Positions 45,048-50,445 of a stretch of DNA of 50,445 bases are shown in pieces. The translations under genes were made by a program, and so were the position numbers. Each line of letters starts with the position of its first letter. The first letter of the stretch is position 1. Source of the DNA: a virus (Duplodnaviria; Heunggongvirae; Uroviricota; Caudoviricetes); the IMG/VR virus record IMGVR_UViG_3300030339_000005; one strand, written 5' to 3'. A model generated the notes under the pieces. That model was not told the origin of the DNA. It worked only from the letters and a program-made list of their open reading frames with translations, and searched no databases.

Positions 45048-46064
45048 GTGATGTATGAATTAGACTTGGGACCAAAGATAACAAAGGAACTTTTACTTTC
45101 AAAATATTCTCAAGAAACGTTCTTTGAACATTACTTGGGAGTTCCTGTTAAAAAAGGACTATTTGTTAGCCCTTCGGTCCTTAGACCAGACCACAAACCA
45201 ACTTGTTCTTTCTACAAGAATAAATCCGGAGTTCTTAAATTTAACGACTTTGCTGGACCTACTTTTGATTTTGTTGGCTGCGTAATGCAGCTCTATCAAT
45301 GTAGTTATTATAAAGCATTGCGAATTATTGCTAATGACTTTGGAATTATTCAAGTAGAAAAAATGGAGATTCATCCTCCTAAGATAACTTATACAGGTTA
45401 TGAATTGGAGGAAACTTCTCGATCTGTTATACAGGTTGAGACGCAAGAATTCTCTAAAAAAGAGTTGGAATGGTGGTCAAGTTTTGGAGTTGGCGTCACA
45501 ACACTAAAACGGTTTAAGGTTTATTCTATTAAATCTGTTTTCCTAAATGGAGTTTATTTCACCTCTTCTTCTGACTCCTCCCCGATATATGGTTATTTTG
45601 GAGGAGAAAATTCGGATGGAGATGAACTTTGGAGATTGTATATGCCGACTAAGCGAAACTATAGGTTTCTTAGTAATTGGAGCGCTACAATGATTCAAGG
45701 TGCAAAGCAAATGCCTAGGTCTGGAGAGTTTATAGTTGTCACAAAGTCCTTAAAGGATGTGATGGCATTATACGAATTCGGGATTCCAGCAATTGCTCCA
45801 AACAGTGAAAACTTATTCTTAACAGAGGCTCAATATGAAAAGCTCCAACAAAGGTTTAGTTCTATATATTTATTATATGATAAAGACTTGCCTGGAGTAC
45901 GAGCTGCTCAAAAAATCAGAAAGAAGTTCCCTCTAACAAAAGTGCTTTTAACGCCCAAAGTTAAGGACTTTTCTGATTATGTTAAAAAATATGGAATGAT
46001 GAAAACATTTAATTTAGTAGAAGAATGGCTAAAAGAAAGAGAGAAGAATCTGCCGAATGAGTAG
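45048..46064 (+). CDS. DNA primase (TOPRIM)
   Basis: SP..R.D.KPTCSF, VTKSLKDVM, APNSE, YDKD.PG, KDFSD. Confidence 0.85.
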   Translation: MMYELDLGPKITKELLLSKYSQETFFEHYLGVPVKKGLFVSPSVLRPDHKPTCSFYKNKSGVLKFNDFAGPTFDFVGCVMQLYQCSYYKALRIIANDFGIIQVEKMEIHPPKITYTGYELEETSRSVIQVETQEFSKKELEWWSSFGVGVTTLKRFKVYSIKSVFLNGVYFTSSSDSSPIYGYFGGENSDGDELWRLYMPTKRNYRFLSNWSATMIQGAKQMPRSGEFIVVTKSLKDVMALYEFGIPAIAPNSENLFLTEAQYEKLQQRFSSIYLLYDKDLPGVRAAQKIRKKFPLTKVLLTPKVKDFSDYVKKYGMMKTFNLVEEWLKEREKNLPNE

Positions 46065-46483
46065 AGGATAAGGTTGAGGAAGCCACGCCTATAAAGAAGA
46101 AGAGGAGTGGCAGTTACTCCAAGGCTAAAGGGTCCGCTTATGAAAGACAGATTGTAAATGAGTTGAAGGAATTAACCGGATCGAATGAGATATCGACAAG
46201 TCGGGCATCGAGCAAGAAGCTTGATGACATGAAGATCGATATAAATGACGAGAGTGGAAAGTTACCATGTTATTTTCAGTTAAAGAAAACACAGACAACT
46301 CCATCTGTTAAAAAGATAAATGATGATGTTGGAAAAATCGACAAACCATTGTGTATATTATGGAATATACAGGAAAAGAAAGAGGGTAATGTCAATATTA
46401 CCTCCAATGGAGAATATGCAATAATACCAAAATCATTCTTTTATACTCTACTCGAGAGTTACTTAAAAGAAAACGAAGAATAA
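46025..46483 (+). CDS. Holliday junction resolvase-like nuclease with in-frame TGA at codon 12
   Basis: SKAKGSAYERQIV.EL...D...D....QLK; the conserved N-terminus lies upstream of the ORF-track start; the nearest upstream in-frame ATG is 46025. Confidence 0.7.
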
Positions 46484-46609
46484 GAAAGGCGAACAAGGGT
46501 TTATAGTAGCTAATTTCCAAACCAGAAACCCTGAGGTTATAATATAGTCGACAGTCCACGAGGTAATTCTCTAGGAGCGTTGTTAGGGAAATTTTTTTAA
46601 AATACAGAT

Positions 46610-47140
46610 ATGAAAAAAACAAAATTAAAAATTGTACTGGACATTGATAATGTCGTAGCAAATTGGGTTCCAACCTTTTGTGCTCGATATAATTGTCCTA
46701 TTCCGACTACATGGAATAATCCCCATGTTACGCCAGAACGTCTTGAAGAATTAAGAAAGGATAAAAACTTTTGGACATCTTTACCAGTTCTGCATTTTCC
46801 GGGCTTTCAACCAATTGGTTTTTTAAGTGCCAGGAGTATTCCAAAAGCTTGGACTCATGAATTTATGGTAATTAATGGTATTCCTGGCAGAGGAAATATC
46901 CATCAAGTTCCTTGGGGACAATCAAAAATTGATAAATTGAAAGAGATGGGAGCAGAGATCTTCATCGATGATAAGCTTGAAACATTCTTAGAATGTTCAA
47001 ATAATGGTATCTTCTGCCTGTTAATGGATGCTCCACATAATCAAGGTATTTCTACTCCATATCGCATTTATGACTTAAATATTGATACTATTACCAAATT
47101 ATGGCAAAAGTCACAATCCGTCCAGACTCCATCCAGATAA
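46610..47140 (+). CDS. HAD 5'(3')-deoxyribonucleotidase-like protein
   Basis: LDIDNV, SAR, K, FIDDK, APHN. Confidence 0.8.
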   Translation: MKKTKLKIVLDIDNVVANWVPTFCARYNCPIPTTWNNPHVTPERLEELRKDKNFWTSLPVLHFPGFQPIGFLSARSIPKAWTHEFMVINGIPGRGNIHQVPWGQSKIDKLKEMGAEIFIDDKLETFLECSNNGIFCLLMDAPHNQGISTPYRIYDLNIDTITKLWQKSQSVQTPSR

Positions 47141-47934
47141 TTAAGTTAACTGATGAAGAATATTTTCGGGATTATCCTGATTATGTTTCTAATTCAAAGT
47201 TAAGCTTAATTGATCCATCAGAAGGAGGTTCTGTAGAAAAGTATAATAGTGGATTTCAGAGTTCTTATTCAGAGTCTTTTGAATTAGGATCTGCTGTTCA
47301 CTCTATGATTCTACAACCTGAATTCTATGAGATCTCAGAGATTAAGAAACCTTCTGGAAAGTTGGGATTGTTTGCCGACGAGATGTATAAGTATCAAGAA
47401 GAGATTATTCTTACTTTAAGAGAAGAAATGTTGTTAGCTTCAAAAGCAGTTGATTATTATGCTAATAGTTTTACTGAAAATCGTCAAGCTGCAGCACTTG
47501 AAGCTTGTATTCCTTATTGGAAAGCAAGAAAAGAATTTGAGGAAAGACTTGTGTCTGATAAAGAACAAATTCGTTTATCAGAAGCTATGGCCTCTAAGTT
47601 AGATATGTGTATGGGGGGAATTAATGGAAATAAGAAAATTCTAAATACATTAAGACCTACTGGAATATTATCAAATGCTGAGGTTTATAATGAGTATGCA
47701 ATATTTGCTATTGTTGATATTGAACTTGATGATGGACGAACTGTTGATCTAGGAATTAAAGCAAAGCTTGATAATTTTACGATTAACCATGAAACTGAAG
47801 AACTAACTCTTAATGATTTGAAAACAACTGGAAAACCAGTTAATTTCTTCATGGGAAATAATGTGCGAGTAGGTAATGACTTTGTTTGGTATGATGGATC
47901 TTTTCAAAAGTTTCATTATTACAGACAAATGGGT
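47101..47934 (+). CDS. PD-(D/E)XK exonuclease exon 1
   Basis: SNSKL, LGSAVH, KAKLD, DLKTT, YYRQMG. Confidence 0.85.
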
Positions 47935-48096
47935 GAATTACACGCCCCAACAATAGAAATATTGTAAGCAAACCCTTTTAATTGCTGGGAATTCCATTAT
48001 TATCAGAATAATGGTGGACAATCAGCAGCTAAGGATTAAACAAAATAAATTTTAAAATCTTCTGATATTTATAATTTTTATATGACATTTATTTAA

Positions 48097-48104
48097 TAAC
48101 TTTG
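48097..48104 (+). promoter_or_regulatory. -7 promoter box inside intron
   Basis: TAACTTTG upstream of ATG 48130. Confidence 0.6.
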
Positions 48105-48129
48105 TAGTTATTAATTAAAAAGAAGATCT

Positions 48130-48756
48130 ATGAAAAATTGTAAAATTATTGGAGAAAAATTCGGACCTTTTGAGGTTTTAGACACAGTTAGACATCAAAA
48201 TCCAGGTGGAGGGATAGTTACTAAATATAAATGTAAATGTTTAAAATGTGGTGAAATTCATATTAAACAATTACATCATTTAAAAGGATTTAAAGGAGAT
48301 GGATGTTTACTTTGTACTCCTAAATTAACTGCTTTACCTAGAGCATCAATACACATTAGAAATTACACTAATTACAAACAAAAAATTATTAGTCAAACAA
48401 AGCATGAGTTTAATTTAACTTTTGAAGAATTTGATTCATTAGTTATTAAAAACTGTTATTATTGTAATTCTGAACCTGTGTTTCCGGAAAGATTTAAAAC
48501 TGAATTTAAAAATAGAGAACTTGTTTCTTTTAACGGAATTGATAGAATAGATTCTTCTAAAGGATATATTTTTGAAAATTGTATTCCTTGTTGTTCTGTT
48601 TGTAATAGAATGAAATCGGATATGATGCAATCTGAATTTTTAAATCATATAAATAAAATTTATAACTTTAATCAAAGTTCAACGACTAGTCCAATGGACG
48701 TAGCCCCAAGTGGTGGCGAAATGGAGGGAATCCTAACAGATAATGCTGAGGATTAA
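48130..48756 (+). CDS. Intron-encoded HNH-type homing endonuclease
   Basis: CYYC, NGIDRIDSSKGY...NC.PCC..CN.MK. Confidence 0.88.
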   Translation: MKNCKIIGEKFGPFEVLDTVRHQNPGGGIVTKYKCKCLKCGEIHIKQLHHLKGFKGDGCLLCTPKLTALPRASIHIRNYTNYKQKIISQTKHEFNLTFEEFDSLVIKNCYYCNSEPVFPERFKTEFKNRELVSFNGIDRIDSSKGYIFENCIPCCSVCNRMKSDMMQSEFLNHINKIYNFNQSSTTSPMDVAPSGGEMEGILTDNAED

Positions 48757-48838
48757 GATATAGTCTAATCTATATGGTAACATATAGCAGTTCAAAAGAG
48801 AACGCATACAAATTAACGAATTGTGTGGAATATAAATG

Positions 48839-49030
48839 ATGTATCTTTGGCTCTTGAATTGTGCTATGCACTATACAAGAGGTATTGATTATAAACTCAA
48901 AGCTAATATGCTAGTAGTAGAAACAATTCCTACATTTCAAAGTAGAATTTACGCTGTGAAAAAGAAACATATTCTTCAAGGAATTGAAGAGTTCAAAAAT
49001 TTATTAATACTTGTAGCAGAAAATGGATAG
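48839..49030 (+). CDS. PD-(D/E)XK exonuclease exon 2
   Basis: MYLWLL...VVET.P...G..EF..LL. Confidence 0.85.
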   Translation: MYLWLLNCAMHYTRGIDYKLKANMLVVETIPTFQSRIYAVKKKHILQGIEEFKNLLILVAENG

Positions 49031-49406
49031 AATTGCAGTTGATTCAACGGTCACCAGCTTAGAGAAGTTAGAATATGTGGATAAACTTGATGCTTATAAC
49101 AAAGTGTTTTCAACAGGAAACCTTGGAGTAGATATGGGTGATAAACTTGTTCTTATTTCTCTTGTTGCATTGACTTGGTCTAAGATGAAAGAAAAAAATC
49201 CACAGATATTACCATTAGACATTTTGATGACTTTAACAGGAGAGACAAAAAGTAATAAAGCTTTTTATCAATTCTTAGAAGCTTTATCAATAATTGTTAC
49301 TGATATGTCTTATGGATGCACCAAATTTGATGCTTGCGGACTAAAGTCTTCGCAGGAAATTTTAAACAAAATTAAAGAAATATTAAGTACATGGCTCCCA
49401 TTCTAG
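49023..49406 (+). CDS. Hypothetical protein
   Basis: ORF. Confidence 0.6.
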   Translation: MDRIAVDSTVTSLEKLEYVDKLDAYNKVFSTGNLGVDMGDKLVLISLVALTWSKMKEKNPQILPLDILMTLTGETKSNKAFYQFLEALSIIVTDMSYGCTKFDACGLKSSQEILNKIKEILSTWLPF

Positions 49407-50323
49407 AAGAATCATCTCCCTTATTATTCTCTCTTGGTAGTCTATTTGATACTGAGGAAGAAACAGATAGACAAGAAAATGTTTCAATGTGGGTTCAGGA
49501 CAAGGATATTATCCGAGCCTCAACCGATTTGACAATTCTTAAAAAACTCGAATCCGGAGTTTATTGTGTTAATTTTGATAGAGAGAACGGTCTTTATTGT
49601 ATTGCCATGAAGCCTGTTTCAGATGAATTATTTATATTTTCGGACTCAATTACCTCAAAGCTTATGCAAGAGATTAATTTATTCTGGACAAAAGCTCCTG
49701 TTTATAAGGAGAATAACTTAATTCATAAGCGTGGGATCCTTTTAGAAGGATGCCCTGGTACTGGTAAAAGTTCTATTATTACTCTTTTATCTAATGAAAT
49801 CATTAGTAAAGGAGGAGTTGTATTTAAAGTTACGGGATTTAGAAATCTAAATTACTACGTAGACTTTATGCGATATCAATTTAGAAAACTGCAACCAGAT
49901 ACCCCAGTAATTACAATTCTTGAGGATTTAGACCAATATGGCGATGTAGCTGAAGAGCTACTTGATTTTCTAGATGGGAAAACTCATTTAGATCATCATG
50001 TTATTATTGCGACATCAAATAATACTGAAGAAATACCTGACACTTTTCTACGACCTAGTAGAATTGACTTAAAGATTGAAATTCCTTTACCGAGTGAAGA
50101 AACTCGAAGAGAGTATTTTGTATTTAAGAAAGTGCCTGAGGCCGATATCGAAAAGTTGGTAGAGTTAACTGATAATTTATCATTAGCTGATCTAAAAGAA
50201 GTTTATATTTGTATTTACTTATTAGACTATAGTATCGAAGACGCTATAGAAAAAACCACTAAGCCCCGTGAAAAGAAGAATTACTTGCAATTTAATGCAA
50301 ACGGAGGTAGTATGGCGATTTAA
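49391..50323 (+). CDS. AAA+ ATPase
   Basis: GCPGTGKS, ILEDLD, TSN, RPSRID. Confidence 0.88.
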   Translation: MAPILEESSPLLFSLGSLFDTEEETDRQENVSMWVQDKDIIRASTDLTILKKLESGVYCVNFDRENGLYCIAMKPVSDELFIFSDSITSKLMQEINLFWTKAPVYKENNLIHKRGILLEGCPGTGKSSIITLLSNEIISKGGVVFKVTGFRNLNYYVDFMRYQFRKLQPDTPVITILEDLDQYGDVAEELLDFLDGKTHLDHHVIIATSNNTEEIPDTFLRPSRIDLKIEIPLPSEETRREYFVFKKVPEADIEKLVELTDNLSLADLKEVYICIYLLDYSIEDAIEKTTKPREKKNYLQFNANGGSMAI

Positions 50324-50368
50324 CAAAAAATTAACATACTTTATAGCATTTTATTCAAACTAAAGTGC

Positions 50369-50376
50369 TATCTTTG
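50369..50376 (+). promoter_or_regulatory. -7 promoter box
   Basis: TATCTTTG in AT-rich intergenic region. Confidence 0.55.
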
Positions 50377-50445
50377 TATTGATAATCAGATGAAATAACA
50401 CTAATAGATAAAGAATAAATTTAAATTTAAATGTGAATGAATTAT

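Larger units (their letters stand above)
47935..48838 (+). mobile_element. Group I intron in nuclease gene, endonuclease in P6 region
   Basis: P1 GGGT/GCCC; P AATTGCTGGGAA, Q AATCAGCAG, R TTCAACGACTA, S AAGATATAGTC; terminal G48838; join restores YYRQMG|MY. Confidence 0.92.

Noticed and set aside
683-48630. Short minus-strand ORFs in the track other than 6343..6909
   Set aside because: They are shadows of well-supported plus-strand genes or structured spacers and have no motifs.
1-50445. Window-wide TAG or TGA reassignment
   Set aside because: Long core genes are intact in code 11, use TGG for Trp, and end at TAG or TGA immediately before, or overlapping, the next start.
1-50445. CRISPR array
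   Set aside because: No regularly spaced direct repeats were seen; the TACAGCAA elements have non-identical stems and only two are adjacent.

Overview
AT-rich (+)-strand segment of a large Bacteroidota-infecting tailed phage. Host inference: repeated TAnnTTTG -7 promoter boxes and A-rich starts without Shine-Dalgarno sequences. The replication gene set looks Crassvirales-like, but this is not proven. Left part (1-10 kb): VWA protein, PurA-like ligase, GMP reductase, bL12-domain protein, a tmRNA split by a group I intron carrying an antisense HNH gene, NUDIX, HAD and Cys-rich repeat genes. Middle (10.8-24.6 kb): 26 tRNA genes (25 sense tRNAs covering all 20 amino acids plus an amber suppressor), interleaved with free-standing homing endonucleases, a Pth2-like gene and many unexplained structured spacers. 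Right (24.6-50.4 kb): AAA ATPases, phosphoesterases, RNase H, ClpP, ferritin, PolA, three FETNSSS-motif genes plus a radical SAM gene, intron-split SF2 helicase, DnaB-like helicase, primase, resolvase and intron-split PD-(D/E)XK nuclease. Most notable: (1) in-frame TGA at Trp-like positions in three endonucleases, and one in-frame TGA in the resolvase, although TGA is still a stop elsewhere; (2) a candidate amber-codon/arrest-peptide leader controlling a Pth2-like operon next to the amber suppressor tRNA; (3) the FETNSSS/radical SAM module; (4) the intron-containing tmRNA; (5) a covarying repeated TACAGCAA stem motif. All calls are from manual reading; no searches were run.
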